A stretch of DNA of 64,000 bases. Origin: Eledone cirrhosa. Lineage: Eukaryota. The stretch spans positions 140,740,001 to 140,804,000 of the forward strand of contig OZ024743.1 of NCBI GenBank assembly GCA_964016885.1, in the 5' to 3' direction. The first letter of the stretch is position 1, and each line of letters opens with the position of its first letter. Positions 29,851-43,900 of the stretch are shown here, one piece after another. Position numbers and translations under genes: made by a program. The notes beneath the pieces are model-generated. The model was not told the origin of the DNA, searched no databases, and was given only the letters and a program-made list of their open reading frames with translations.

Positions 29851-32800
29851 ACACCAAGCACCAAGCACCAAACACCAAACACCAAGCACCAAGCACCAAG
29901 CACCAAGCACCAAACACCATACACCAAGCACCAAGCACCAAACACCAAAAACCAATCACCAAGCACCAAAGAGCAAACACCAAGCCCCAAGCACCAAACA
30001 CCAAACACCAAACACCAAACAACAAACACTAAACACCAAACACCAAACAGCAAACACCAAACACCAAATAGCAAACACCAAACACCAACCAGGAAACACC
30101 AAACAGCAAACACCAAACAGCAAACGCCAAACAGCAAACACAAACACCAAACACCAAACACGAAGCACCAAGCACCAAGCACAAAACACCAAGCACCAAG
30201 CGCCAAGCACCAAACACCAAACACCAAACACCAAACAGCAAACACCAATCACCAAATACCAGACACCAAACACCAAACAGCAAACACCAAACACCAAACA
30301 GCAAACACCAAACACCAAACACCAAACAGCAAACACGAAACAGCAAACACCAAACAGCAGACACCAAACAGCAAACACCAAACAGCAAACACCAAACACC
30401 AAACACCAAACACCAAGCACCAACCACCAAACACCAAGCACCAAGCAACAAACACCAATCACCAAGCACCGAGCACTAAAAACCAAACATCTAGCACCAA
30501 GCACCAAGCACCAAACACCAAGCACCAAGCACCAAGCACCAAACACCAAGCACCAAAGACCAAGCCCCAAATACCAAGCACCAAGCACCAAACACCAATC
30601 ACCAGGCACCAAGCACCAAACACCAAGAACCAAGCACCAAGCACTAAACACCAAATACCAAGCACCAAGCACCAAACACCAAACACCAAGCACCAAGTAC
30701 CAAACTCCAAACACCAAACACCAAGCACCAAGCACCAAATCCCAAGCACCAAACACCAAGCACCAATCACCAAACACCAAACACCAAGCACCAAGCACCA
30801 AACACCAAAAACCAAGCACCAAGCACCAAGCACCAAACACCTAACGCCAAACACCGAAAACCAAGTACCAAGCACCAAACACCAAGCACCAAGCGTCAAA
30901 GACCAAACACCTAGCACCAAGCACGAAACACCAAGCACCAAGCACCGAGCACCAAACACCAAGTACCAGGCACCAATCACCAAACACCAAGAACCAAGCA
31001 CCAAACACCAGACAGCAAGAACCAAGCACCAAACACCAAACTCCAAGCACCAAGCACCAAACACCAAGCACCAAGCGCCAAACACCAAACACCAAGCACC
31101 AAGCACCAAACACCAAGCACCAACCACCAAGCACCAAACACCAAGCACCAAGCACCAAACACCAAGCACCAATCACCAAACAGCAAACACCAAGCACCAA
31201 ACACCAAACACCAAGCACCAAGCACCAAACACCAAGCACCAAGCACCAAACACCAAGCACCAAGCACCAAACACCAAAAACCAATCACCAAGCACCAAAG
31301 AGCAAACACCAAGCCCCAAGCACCAAACACAAAACACCAAATACCAAATAGCAAACACTAAACACCAAACACCAAACAGCAAACACAAAACAACAAATAG
31401 CAAATACCAAACAGCGAACACCAAACACCAAACAGCAAACACCAAACACCAACCAGGAAACACCAAATACCAAGCACCAAACACCAAGCACCAAGCCCCA
31501 AGCACCAAACACCAAGCACCAAGCACCAAACACCAAGCACCAAGCACCAAGCACCATGCACCAAACACCAAGCACCAAGCACCAAACAGCAAACACCAAA
31601 CAGCAAACACCAAACACCAAACACCAACCAGCAAACACCAAACACCAAACACCAAACAGCAAACACCAAACAGCAAACACCAAACAGCAAACACCAAACA
31701 CCAAACACCAAACACCAAACGCCAAAAAGTAAACGCCAAACCCCAAACGCCAAACAGCAAATGCCAAACTCCAAGCGCCAAACACCAAAGACCAAGCGCC
31801 AAGCAACAAACACCAAACACCAAGCACCAAGCACCAAACACCAAACACCAAGCACCAAGTACCAAACACCAAACACCAAGCACCAAACACCAAACAACAA
31901 ACGCCAAAAAGCAAACGCCAAACCCCAAACGTCAAACAGCAAACGCCAAGGACCAAACACCAAACACCAAGCGCCAAGCACCAAATACCAAACACCAAGC
32001 ACCAAGCACCAAACACCAAACACCAAGGACCAATCACCTAACACCAAGCACCAAGCGCCAAACACCAAAAACCAAACACCTAGCACCAAGCACCAAGCAC
32101 CAAACACCAAGCACCAAGCCCCAAGCACCAAACAGCAAGCACCCAGCACCATACACCAAACACCAAGCACCAAGCACCCAGAACAAAGCACCAAGCACCA
32201 AACACCAAACACCAAGCTCCAAGCACCAATCACCAAACACCAAGCACCAAGCACCAAGCACCAAGCACCAAACACCAAACACCAAGCACCAAGCACCAAA
32301 CACCAAGCACCAAGCGCCAAACACCAAACACCAAACACCTAGCACCAAGCACCAAGCACCGAACACCAAGCACCATACACCAAGCACCAAGCACCAAGCA
32401 CCAAGCACCAAGCACCAAACACCAATCACCAAGCCCCAAGCACCAAACACCAAGCACCAAGCACCAAACACCAAACACCAAGCATCAAGCACCCAGAACC
32501 AAGCACCAAGCACCAAACACCAAACACCAAGCACCAAGCACCAAACACCAAACACCAAGCACCAAGCACCAAGCACCAAGCACTAAACACCATACACCAA
32601 GCACCAAGCACCAATCACTAAACACTAAACACCAAGCACCAAGCACCAAACACAAACACCAAGCACCAAGTACCAAACTCCAAACACCAAACACCAAGCA
32701 CCAAGCACCAAATCCCAAGCACCAAACACCATTCACCATAAAACAAACACCAAACACCAAGCATGAAGCACCAAGCACCAAATACCAATCACCAAGCACC

Positions 32801-35800
32801 AAAGAGCAAACACCAAGCCCCAAGCACCAAACACCAAACACCAAACACCAAACAGCAAACACTAAACACCAAACACCAAAGAGCAAACACCAAACACCAA
32901 ATAGCAAACACCAAACACCAACAAGGAAACACCAAACAGCAAACACCAAACAGCAAACGCCAAACAGCAAACACAAACACCAAACACCAAACACCAAACA
33001 CCAAACACCAAGCACCAAGCACAAAACACCAAGCACCAAGCGCCAAGCACCAAACACCAAACACCAAACACCAAACACCAAACACCAATCACCAAACACC
33101 AGACACCAAACACCAAACAGCAAACACCAAACACCAAACAGCAAACACCAAACACCAAACACCAAACACCAAACAGCAAACACCAAACAGCAAACACCAA
33201 ACAGCAAACACCAAACAGCAAACAGCAAACACCAAACACCAAACACCAAGCACCAAGCAGCAAACACCAACACCAAGCAACAAGCACCAATCACCAAGCA
33301 CCAAGCACTAAACACCAAACACCTAGCACCAAGCACCAAGCACCAAACACCAAGCACCAAGCACCAAGCACCAAACACCAAGCACCAAAGACCAAGCCCC
33401 AAATACCAAGCACCAAGCACCAAACACCAATCACCAGGCACCAAGCACCAAACACCAAGAACCAAGCACCAAGCACTAAACACCAAACACCAAGCACCAA
33501 GCACCAAACACCAAGAACCAAGCACCAAGCGCAAACACCGAACACCAAGCACCAAGCACCAAACACCAAGCACCAACCACCAAGCACCAAACACCAAGCA
33601 CCAAGCACCAATCACCAAACACCAAGCACCAAGCACCAAACACCAAACATCAAGCACCAAGCACCAAACACCAAACTACAAGCACCAAGCACCAAACACC
33701 AAATACCAAGCACCAACCACCAACCACCAAGCACCAAACACCAAGAACCAAGCACCAAGCACCAAACACCAAGCACCAAATACCAAGCACCAGACGCGAA
33801 GCACCAAGCACCAAGCACCAAAAACCAAGCACCAAGCTCCAAGCACCAAACACCAAGCACCAAACAACAAACACCAAGCACCAAGCACCAAACACCAAGC
33901 ACCAAGCGCCAAAAACCAAACAATAAGCACCAAGCACCTAATACCAAGCACCAAGCACCAAGCACCAAACACCAAACACCAAACACCAAACAGCAAACAG
34001 CAAACACCAAACACCAAACACCAAACAGCAAACGCCAAACATCAAACGCCAAACACCAAACGCCAAACAGCAAACGGCAAACACCAAACGCCAAACAGCA
34101 AGCGCCAAGCACGAAACGCCAAACACCAAGCACCAAGCACCAAACACCAAACACCTAGCACCAAGCACCAAACACCAAACACCAAGCACCAAGCACTAAA
34201 CGCCAAACACCAAGCGCCAAGCACCAAGCACCAAACACCAAGCACCAAGCACCGAGCACCAGACACCAAACACCGAGCACCAAGCACCAAGCACCAAACA
34301 CCAAGCCCCAAGCACCAAACACCAACCAGCAAACACCAAACACCAAACACTAAAAAGCAAACACCAAACAGCAAACACCAAACAGAAACACCAAACACCA
34401 AACACCAAACAGCAAACGCCAAGCACCAAACGCCAAAAAGCAAATGCCAAAACCCAAACGCCAAACAGCAAACGCCATACCCCAAACGCCAAGCACCAAA
34501 CACCGAACACCAAGCACCAAGCACCAAACACCAAACACCAAGCACCAATCACCAAGCACCAAACACCAATCACCAAGCCCCAAGCACCAAACACCAAGCG
34601 TCAAGCACCAAACACCAAACACCAAGCACCAAGCACCCAGAACCAAGCACCAAGCACGAAACACCAAACACCAAGCACCAAGCACCAAACACCAAATACC
34701 AAGCACCAAGCACCAAGCACCAAGCACCAAACAGCATACACCAAGCACCGAGCACCAAACACCAAAAACCAATCACCAAGCACCAAAGAGCAAACACCAA
34801 GCCCCAAGCACCAAACACCAAACACCAAACACCAAACACTAAACAGCAAACACCAACCAGCAAACACCAAACAGCAAACACCAAACAGCAAACGCCAAAC
34901 AGCAAACACAAACACCAAACACCAGGCACCAAGCACCAAGAACCAAGCAGCAAACACCAAACACCAAGCACCAAGCACCAAACACCAAACACCAAGCACC
35001 AAGCACCAAACACCAAATACCAAGCACCAAGCACTAAACACCAAACACCAAACACCAAGCACCAAGCACTAAACACCAAACACCAAGCACCAAGCACCAA
35101 ACACCAAACACCAAGCACCAAGTACCAAACTCCGAACACCAAACACCAGGCAACACGCACCAAGAACCAAGCAGCAAACACCAAACACCAAGCACCAAGC
35201 ACCAAGCACCAAACACCAAACACCAAACACCAAGCACCAAGCACCAAACACCAAGCACCAAGCGCCAAAGACCAAACACCAAGCACCAAGCATGAAACAC
35301 CAAGCACCAAGCACCGAGCACCAAACACCAAGTACCAAGCACCAATCACCAAACACCAAGAACCAAGCAGCAAACACCAAACACCAAGCACCAAGCACCA
35401 AACACCAAACACCAAGCACCAAGCACCAAACACCAAATACCAAGCACCAAGCACTAAACACCAAACACCAAGCACCAAGCACCAAGCATCATGCACCAAG
35501 CACCAAACACCAAGCACCAAGCACCAAGCACCAAGCACCAAACACAAAACACCAAGTACCAAGCACCTACCACAAAACACCAAACACCAAACACCAAGCA
35601 CCAGACACCAAGCACCAAGCACTAAGCACCAAGCACCAAAAACCAAGCACCAAGCTCCAAGCACCAAACACCAAGCACCAAACACCAAACACCAAGCACC
35701 AAGCACCAATCACCAAGCACCAAGCACCAAATACCAAGCACCAAACACCAAACACCAAACACCAAGCCCCAAGCACCAAACACAAAACACCAAGCACCAA

Positions 35801-38800
35801 GCACCAAACACCAAACACCAAGCACCAACCACCAAACACCAAATACCAAGCACCAAGCACCAGGCACCAAGCACCAAACACCAAGCACCAAGCACCAAGC
35901 ACCAAACACCAAGCACCAAACACCAAGCACCAGACACCAAGCACCAAGCACCAAACACCAAACAGCAAACACCAAACACCAAACAGCAAACACCAAACAG
36001 CAAACACCAAACACCAAACACCAACCAGCAAACACCAAGCACCAAGCACTAAACAGCAAACACCAAGCACCAAGCACCAAGCACCAAACACCAAGCACCA
36101 AGCACCAAGCACCAAACACCAAGCACCAAGCACCAACCACCAAGCAGCAAGCACCAAGCACCAAGCACCAAACACCAAGCACCAAGCACCAAACACCAAA
36201 CACCAAGCACCAATCACCAAACACCAAACACCAAGCACCAAGCACCAAACACCAAGCACCAAGCACCAAAGAGAAAAAAACCAAGCACCAAGCATCAAAC
36301 ACCAAACACCAAACACCACACAGCAAACAGCAAACAGCAAACACCAAACAGCAAACACCAAATAGCAAACACCAAACAGCAAACACCAAACACCAAACAG
36401 CAAACACTAAACACCAAACACCAAGCACCAAGCACAAGCACCAAACAACAAGCACCAAGCACCAAGCACCAAGCACCAAACACCAAACACCAATCGCCAA
36501 ACACCAAACACCAAGCATCAAGCACCAAACACCAAACACCAAGCACCAAGCACCAAGCACCAAGCACCAAACACCAAGCACCAAGCACCAATCACCAAAC
36601 ACCAAACACCAGGCACCAAACACCAAACAGCAAACACCAATCACCAAACACCAAACACCAAACAGCAAACACCAATCACCAAACAACAAACACCAAACAC
36701 CAAACAGTAAACACCAAACACCAAACAGCAAACACCAAACACCAAACACCAAACAGCAAACACCAAACACCAAACACCAAACACCAAACACCAAACAAAC
36801 AGCAAACAGCAAACACCAAACAGCAAACAGCAAACACCAAACACCAAACAACAAACGCCAAACAGCAAATGCCAGCCACCAGATGCCTAACAGCAAACGC
36901 CAAACACCAAATGCCAAACAGCAAACACCAAACACCAAACAGCAAACACCAAACACCAAACACCAAATAGCAAACACCAAACAGCAAACACCAAACAACA
37001 AACACCAAACAGCAAACACCAAACAGCAAACAGCAAACACCAAACACCAAACACCAAGCACCAAGCACCAAACACCAAGCACCAATCAACAAGCACCAAT
37101 CACCAAGCACCAAGCACTAAACACCAAACACCAAGCACCAAGCACCAAGCACCAAACACCAAGCACAAAGCACCAAGCACCAAACGCCAAGCAACAAGCA
37201 CCAAACACCAAGCACCAAGCACCAAGCACCAAACACCAAGCACCAAAGACCAAGCACCAAATACCAAGCACCAAGCACCAAACACCAATCACCAAGCACC
37301 AAGCACCAAACACCAAGAACCAAGCACCAATCACTAAACACTAAACACCAAGCACCAAGCACCAAACACAAACACCAAGCACCAAGTACCAAACTCCAAA
37401 CACCAAACACCAAGCACCAAGCACCAAATCCCAAGCACCAAACACCATGCACCATAAAACAAACACCAAACACCAAGCATGAAGCACCAAGCACCAAATA
37501 CCAAACACCAAACACCAAGCACCACATCAAACACCAAGCACCAAGCACCAATCGCCAAGCACCAAGCACCAAGCAACAAACACAAAGCACCAAACACCAA
37601 GCACCAAGCACCAAGCACCAAACACCAAGCACCAAGCACCCAACACCAAACACCAATCACCAAGCACCAAAGAGCAAACACCAAGCCCCAAGCACCAAAC
37701 ACCCAACACCAAACACCAAACATCAAACACCAATCACGAATCACCAAACAGCAAACAGCAAACACCAAACACCAAACACCAAGCACCAAGCACCAAACAC
37801 CAAACACCAAGCACTAAGCACCAAACACCAAATACCAAGCACCAAGCACTAAACACGAAACACCAAGCACCAAGCACCAAGCACCAAGCACCAAACACCA
37901 AGCACCAAGCACCAAGCACCAAACACCAAGCACTAAGCACCAAACACCAAACACCAAGCACCAAACACCAAGCACCAAGCACCAAGCACCAGACACCAAG
38001 CACCAAGCACCAAACACCAAGCACCAAACACCAAGCACCAAGCACCAAACACCAAACATCAAGCACCAAGCACCAAACACCAAACACCAAGCACCAAGCA
38101 CCAAGCACCAAGCACCAAGCACCAAACACAAAGCACCAAGCACCAAACAGCAAACACCAAGCACCAAACACCAAACACCAAGTACCAAGCACCAAACACC
38201 AAACACCAAGCACCAAACACCAAGCACCAAGCACCAAACACCAAACACCAAGCACCAAGCACCAAGCACCAAACACCAAACACCAAACACCAAACAGCAA
38301 ACACCAAACAGCAAACACCAAACAGCAAACACCAAATAGCAAACACCAAACAGCAAACAGCAAACACAAAACACCAAACACCAAGCACCAAGCACCAAAC
38401 ACGAAGCACCAAGCAACAAGCACCAATCACCAAGCACCAAGCACTAAACACCAAACACCTAGGACCAAGCACCAAGCACCAAACACCAAGCACCATGCAC
38501 CAAGCACCAAACACCAAGCACCAAAGACCAAGCACCAAATACCAAGCACCAAGCACCAAAGACCAATCACCAAGTACCAAGCACCAAGTCCCAAGCACCA
38601 AACACCAAGCACCAATCACCAAACACCAAACACCAAGCACCAAGCAGCAAACACCAAAAATCAAGCACCAAGCACCAAGCACCAAACACCAAACGCCAAA
38701 CACAAAATACCAAGCACCAAGCACCAAACACCAAGCACCAAGCGCCAAAGACCAAACACCAAAAACCAAGCACAAAACACCAAGCACCAAGCACCGAGCA

Positions 38801-40167
38801 CCAAACACCAAGTACCAAGCACCAATCACCAAACACCAAGCACCAAGCACCAAACACCAAACACCAAGCACCAAGCACCAAGCACCAAGCATCAAGCACC
38901 AAGCACCAAACACCAAGCACCAAGCACCAAGCACCAAACACAAAACAACAAGTACCAAGCACCAAACACTTAACACCAAACACCAAGCACCAAGCACCAA
39001 ACACCAAACACCAAGCACCAAGCACCAGACACCAAGCACCAAGCACCAAGCACCAGACACTAAGCACCAAGCACCAAACACCAAGCACCAAACACCAAGC
39101 ACCAAGCACCAAACACCAAACACCAAGCACCAAGCACTAAACACCAAACACCAAGCACTAAGCACCAAGCACCAAGCACCAAGCACCAAGCACCAAGCAC
39201 CAAGCACCAAACACAAAGCACCAAGCACCAAACAGCAAACACCAAGCACCAAGCACCCAACCCCAAGCACCAAGCACCAAGCACAAAACACCAAGCACCA
39301 AACACCAAGCACCAAGCCCCAAGCACCAAACACCAAGCACCAAGCACCAAACACAAAGCACCAAGCACCAAGCACCATACACCAAACACCAAGCACCAAG
39401 CACCAAACAGCAAACACCAAACAGCAAACACCAAACACCAAACACCAACCAGCAAACACCAAACACCAAACACCAAACAGCAAACACCAAACAGCAAACA
39501 CCAAACAGCAAACACCAAACAGCAAACGCCAAAAAGCAAACGCCAAACCCCAAACGCCAAACAGCAAATGCCAAAACCCAAACGCCAAACAGCAAACACC
39601 AAGCGCCAAGCACCAAACACCAAACACCAAGCACCAAACACCAAGTACCAAACACCAAACACCAAGCACCAAACACCAAACAGCAAACACCAAAAAGCAA
39701 ACACCAAGCCCCATACGCCAAACAGCAAATGCCAAACCCCAAACGCCAAACAGCAAACGCCAATCACCAAACACCAAACACCAAGCGACAAGCACCAAAC
39801 ACCAAACACCAAGCACCAAGCACCAAACACCAAACACCAAGCACCAATCACCAGACACCAAACACCAAGCACCAATCACCAAACACCAAGCACCAAGCGC
39901 CAAACACTAAACACCAAACACCTAGCACCAAGCACCAAGCACCAAACACCAAGCACCAAACACCAAGCACCAAGCACCAAGCACCAAACACCAAGCACCA
40001 AACACCAAGCACCAGACACCAAGCACCAAGCACCAAGCACCAAGCACCAAAAACCAAGCACCAAGCTCCAAGCACCAAACGCCAAGCACCAAACGCCAAG
40101 CAGCACCAAGCACCAAACACCAAGCACCAAGCGCCAAACACCAAACACCAAGCACCAAGCACCAAAT

Positions 40168-40207
40168 ACCAAGCACCAAGCACCAAGCTTGGTGCTTGGT
40201 GCTTGGT
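40168..40207. other. Inversion junction: perfect 40-bp spacer-less palindrome centred on AAGCTT (40185-40190)
   Basis: The sequence reads accaagcaccaagcaccaag|cttggtgcttggtgcttggt. Symmetry breaks at the 21st base (left arm reverse complement continues ATTTGG, right arm continues GCTTGG). Confidence 0.97.
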
Positions 40208-40529
40208 GCTTGGTGTTTGGTGCTTGGTGCTTGGTGCTTGGTGTTTGGTGCTTGGTGCTTGGTGCTTGCTCTTTGGTGGTTGCTGTTTGGTGCTTGGTGT
40301 TTGGTGCTTGGTGCTTGGTGCTGGGTGGTTGGTGTTTGGTGCTTGGTGCTTGGTGTTTGGTGCTTGGTGCTTGGTGCTTGTTGTTTGGTGCTTGGTGCTT
40401 GGTCTTTGGTGCTTGGTGTTTGGTGTTTGGTGATTGGTGCTTGGTGCTTGGTGCTTGGTGTTTGGTGCTTGGTGCTTGGTGATTAGTGTTTGGTGCTTGG
40501 TGCTTGGGGTTTGGTGTTTTGTGCTTAGT

Positions 40530-40990
40530 GCTTGGTGTTTGGTGTTTGGTGTTTGCTGTTTGGTGTCTGCTTTTTGGTATTTGATGTTTGCTGTATGGTG
40601 TTTGCTGTTTCGTATTTGGTGTTTGCTGTTTGGTGTTTGGTGTTTGGTGTTTGGTGCTTGGTGTTTGGTGCCTGGTGCTTGGTGTTTGGCGTTTGGTGTT
40701 TGGTGTTTGGTGCTTGGTGCCTGGTGCTTGTTGTTTGGTGTTTGGTACTTGGTGCTTGGTGTTTGGTGTTTGGTGTTTGCTGTTTGGTGTCTGCTTTTTG
40801 GTATTTGGTGTTTGCTGTATGGTGTTTGCTGTTTCGTATTTGGTGTTTGCTGTTTGGTGTTTGGTGTTTGGTGTTTGGTGCTTGGTGTTTGGTGCCTGGT
40901 GCTTGGTGCTTGGTGTTTGGTGTTTGGTGTTTGGTGCTTGGTGCCTGGTGCTTGTTGTTTGGTGTTTGGTACTTGGTGCTTGGTGTTTGG
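40530..40990 (-). repeat. Local 224-bp (32-monomer) tandem duplication near the inversion
   Basis: The marker GTCTGCTTTTTGGTAT occurs at 40565 and 40789, each followed by the same variants (GTATGG, TTTCGTAT, GCCTGG, GTACTT). Confidence 0.85.
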
Positions 40991-43900
40991 TGTTTGGTGC
41001 TTGGTGTCTGGTGTTTGGTGCTTGGTGTTTGGTGTTTGGTGCTTGGTGCTTGGTGTTGGTGTTTGGTGTTTGGTGCTTGGTGCTTGGTGTTTTGTGTTTG
41101 GTGCTTAGTGCTTGGTGTTTGGTGTTTGGTGCTTGGTGTTTGGTGTTTGGTGTTTGATGCTTGGTTTTTGCTGCTTGGTGCTTGGTGCTTGGTGCTTGGT
41201 GCTTGGTGTTCTGTGTTTGGTGCTTGATGCTTGGTGCCTGGTGCTTGGTGCTTGGTGCTTGTTGTTTGGTGCTTGGTGCTTGGTGATTAGTGTTTTGTGC
41301 TTGGTGCTTGGTGTTTGGTGTTTGGTGTTTCGTGCTTGGTGTCTAGTGTTTGGGTTTTGGTGTTTGGTGCTTGGTGCTTGGTGTTTAGTGTTTGGTGCTT
41401 GGTGCTTGGTGTTTGGTGATTGGTGCTTGGTGTTTGGTGCTTGGTGCTTTGTGCTTGGTGTTTGGTGCTGGGTGCTTGGTGTTTGGTGCTTGGTGCTTGG
41501 TGTTTGGTGTTTGGTGCTTGGTACTTGGTGTTTGGTGTGTGATGCTTGGTGTTTGATGCTTGTTGCTTGGTGCTTGGTGTTTTGTGTTTGGTGTTTGGTG
41601 CTTGGTGTATGTACTTGGTGCTTGGTGCTTGGTGTTTGGTGCTTGGTTCTTGGTATTTGGTGCTTGGTGCTTGGTGCTTGGTGTTTGGTGCTTGGTGCTT
41701 GGTGTTTGGTGCTTGGTGTTTGGTGTTTGGTGCTTGGTGTTTGGTGCTTGGTGCTTGCTGCTTGCTGCTTGGTGTTTGGTGCTTGGTGATTGGTGCTTGG
41801 TGTTTGGTGCTTGGTGCTTGGTGTTTGGTGTTTGGTGCTTGGTGTTTGGTGCTTGGTGCTTGCTGCTTGCTGCTTGGTGTTTGGTGCTTGGTGATTGGTG
41901 CTTGGTGTTTGGTGTTTGGTGCTAGGTGTTTGGTGCTTGGTGTTCGGTGCTTGGTGCTTGGTGCTTGGTGCTTGGTGTTAGGTGTTTGGTGCTTGGTGCT
42001 TGGTGTTTGATGTTTGGTCCTTGGTGCTTGGTGTTTGGTGTTTGGTGCTTGGTGCTTGGTGTTTCGTGTTTGGTGCTTGCTGCTTGCTGCTTGGTGTTTG
42101 GTGCTTGGTGATTGGTGCTTGGTGTTTGGTGCTTGGTGCTTGGTGTTTGGTGTTTGGTGCTTGGTGTTTGGTGTTTGGTGTTTGACGCTTGGTTTTTGCT
42201 GCTTGTTGCTAGGTGCTTGGTGCTTGGTGTTCTGTGTTTGGTGCTTGGTGCTTGGTGCCCGGTGCTTGGTGCTTGGTGCTTGTTGTTTGGTGCTTGGTGC
42301 TTGGTGATTAGTGTTTGGTGCTTGGTGCTTGGTGTTTGGTGTTTGGTGCTTGGTGTTTGGTGTTTGGTGATTGGTGCTTGGTGCTTGGTGCTTGGTGTTA
42401 AGTGTTTGGTGCTTGGTGCTTGGTGTTTGGTGCTTCGTGCTTGGTGCTTGGTGTTTGGTGCATGGTGCTTGATGTTTGGGGCTTGGTGCCTGGTGCTTGG
42501 TGTTTGGTGCTTGGTGCTTGGTGCTTGGTGTTTGGTGTTTGGTGCTTGGTGCTTGGTGTTTGGTGCTTGGTGCTTGGTGCTTGGTGTTCGGTGCTTGGTG
42601 CTAGGTGCTTGGTACTTGGTGTTAGGTTTTTGGTGCTTGGGGCTTGGTGTTTGATGTTTGGTCCTTGGTGCTTGGTGTTTGGTGTTTGGTGCTTGGTGCT
42701 TGGTGCTTGGTGTTTCGTGTTTGGTGCTTGCTGCTTGCTGCTTGGTGTTTGGTGCTTGGTGATTGGTGCTTGGTGTTTGGTGCTTGGTGGTTGGTGCTTG
42801 GTGTTTGGTGTTTGGTGCTAGGTGCTTGGTGCTTGGTGTTTGGTGCTTGGTGCTTGGTGTTTGGTGTTTGATGCTTGGTGCTTGGGGCTTGGTGTTTGGT
42901 GCTTGCTGCTTGGTGTTTGGTGCTTGCTGCTTGGTGTTTGTTGTTTGGTGTTTGGTGCTTGGTGTTTGGTGCTTGGTGCTTGGTGCTGGGTGGTTGATGT
43001 TTGGTGCTTGGTGCTTGGTGTTTGGTGCTTGGTGCTTGGTGCTTATTGTTTGGTACTTGGTGCTTGGTGCTTGGTGCTTGGTCTTTGGTGCTTGGTGTTT
43101 GGTGTTTGGTGTTTGGTGTTTGTGCTTGGTGCTTGGTGCTTGGTGTTTGGTGCTAGGTGCTTAACGCTTGGTATTTGGTGCTTGGTGCTTGGTGCTTGGT
43201 GATTAGTGTTTGGTGATTGGTGCTTGGGGTTTGGTGTTTTGTGTTTGCTGTTTGGTGTATGCGGTTTGGTGTCTGCTTTTTGGTGTTTGGTGTTTGCTGT
43301 ATGGTGTTTGCTGTTTTGTGTTTCGTGTTTGCTGTTTGGTGTTTGGTGCTTGGTGCTTGGTGCTTGGTGTTTGGTGCTTGGTGCTTGGTGCTTGGTGTTT
43401 GGCGTTTGCTGTTTGCTGTTTAGTGTTTGGTGTTTGCTGTTTGGTGTTTGCTGTTTGGTGTTTGGTGCTTGGTGCTTGGTGGCTGGTGTTCGGTGCTTGG
43501 TGTTTGGATTTTGGTCCTTGGTGCTTGGTGCCTGGTGTTTCGTGCTTGGTGCTTGGTGTTTGGTGTTTGGTATTTGGTGCTTGGTGCTTGGTGCTTGGTG
43601 TTTGGTGGTTGGTGCTTGGTGCTTGGTGTTTAATGCTGCGTGCTTGGTGTTTGGTGTTTGGTGCTTGGTGCTTGGTGTTTGGTGATTGGAGCTTGGTGCC
43701 TGGTGCTTGTTGTTTGGTGCCTGGTGCTTGTTGTTTGGAGTTTGGTGCTTGGTGCTTGGTGTTTGGTGCTTGGTGCTTGGTGCTTGATGTTTGGTGCTTG
43801 GTGCTTGGTGTTTGGTGCTTGGTGCTTGGTGCTTGGTGCTTGGTGTTAGGTGTTTGGTGCTTGGTGCTTGGTGTTTGATGTTTGGTCCTTGGTGCTTGGT

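Larger units (their letters stand above)
16451..33000 (+). repeat. Higher-order repeat type B, ~3.2-3.4 kb unit, copies at ~16450-19800, ~26450-29810 and ~29810-33000
   Basis: Private markers are GCGTCAAAGACC (~17496, ~27584, ~30893), CAGCAGACACC (~16992, ~26962, ~30355) and CCCAGAACAAAGC (19025, 29008, 32177). Each copy holds one CGCCAAA-rich block. The interval 19.8-26.4 kb within this span is type A. Confidence 0.75.
1..40187 (+). repeat. Heptamer satellite array, left arm: (CACCAAR)n, A/C-rich on the + strand
   Basis: Continuous 7-bp period read directly (caccaag caccaag caccaaa ...). The + strand is nearly devoid of T. Point variants include CAGCAAA, CACCAAT, CGCCAAA, CCCCAAG, TACCAAG and CACCTAG. 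The array runs off the left window edge. Confidence 0.99.

Noticed and set aside
40185-40190. HindIII site at the junction as a sign of a cloning or Hi-C ligation chimera
   Set aside because: AAGCTT arises automatically when CACCAAG abuts its reverse complement. A ligation chimera would need pre-existing HindIII sites, which I did not see elsewhere in the array, and a filled-in Hi-C junction would read AAGCTAGCTT. It cannot be fully excluded without reads.
40100-40300. Telomere-telomere (end-to-end) fusion site
   Set aside because: The polarity is wrong: a fusion reads G-rich then C-rich on one strand, whereas this reads C-rich then G-rich.
39568-40482. ORFs crossing the junction, giving a polar N-terminus and a hydrophobic C-terminus like a membrane-anchored mucin
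   Set aside because: This is a trivial consequence of reading through the strand flip, and it occurs in more than one frame (also 39729-40433).
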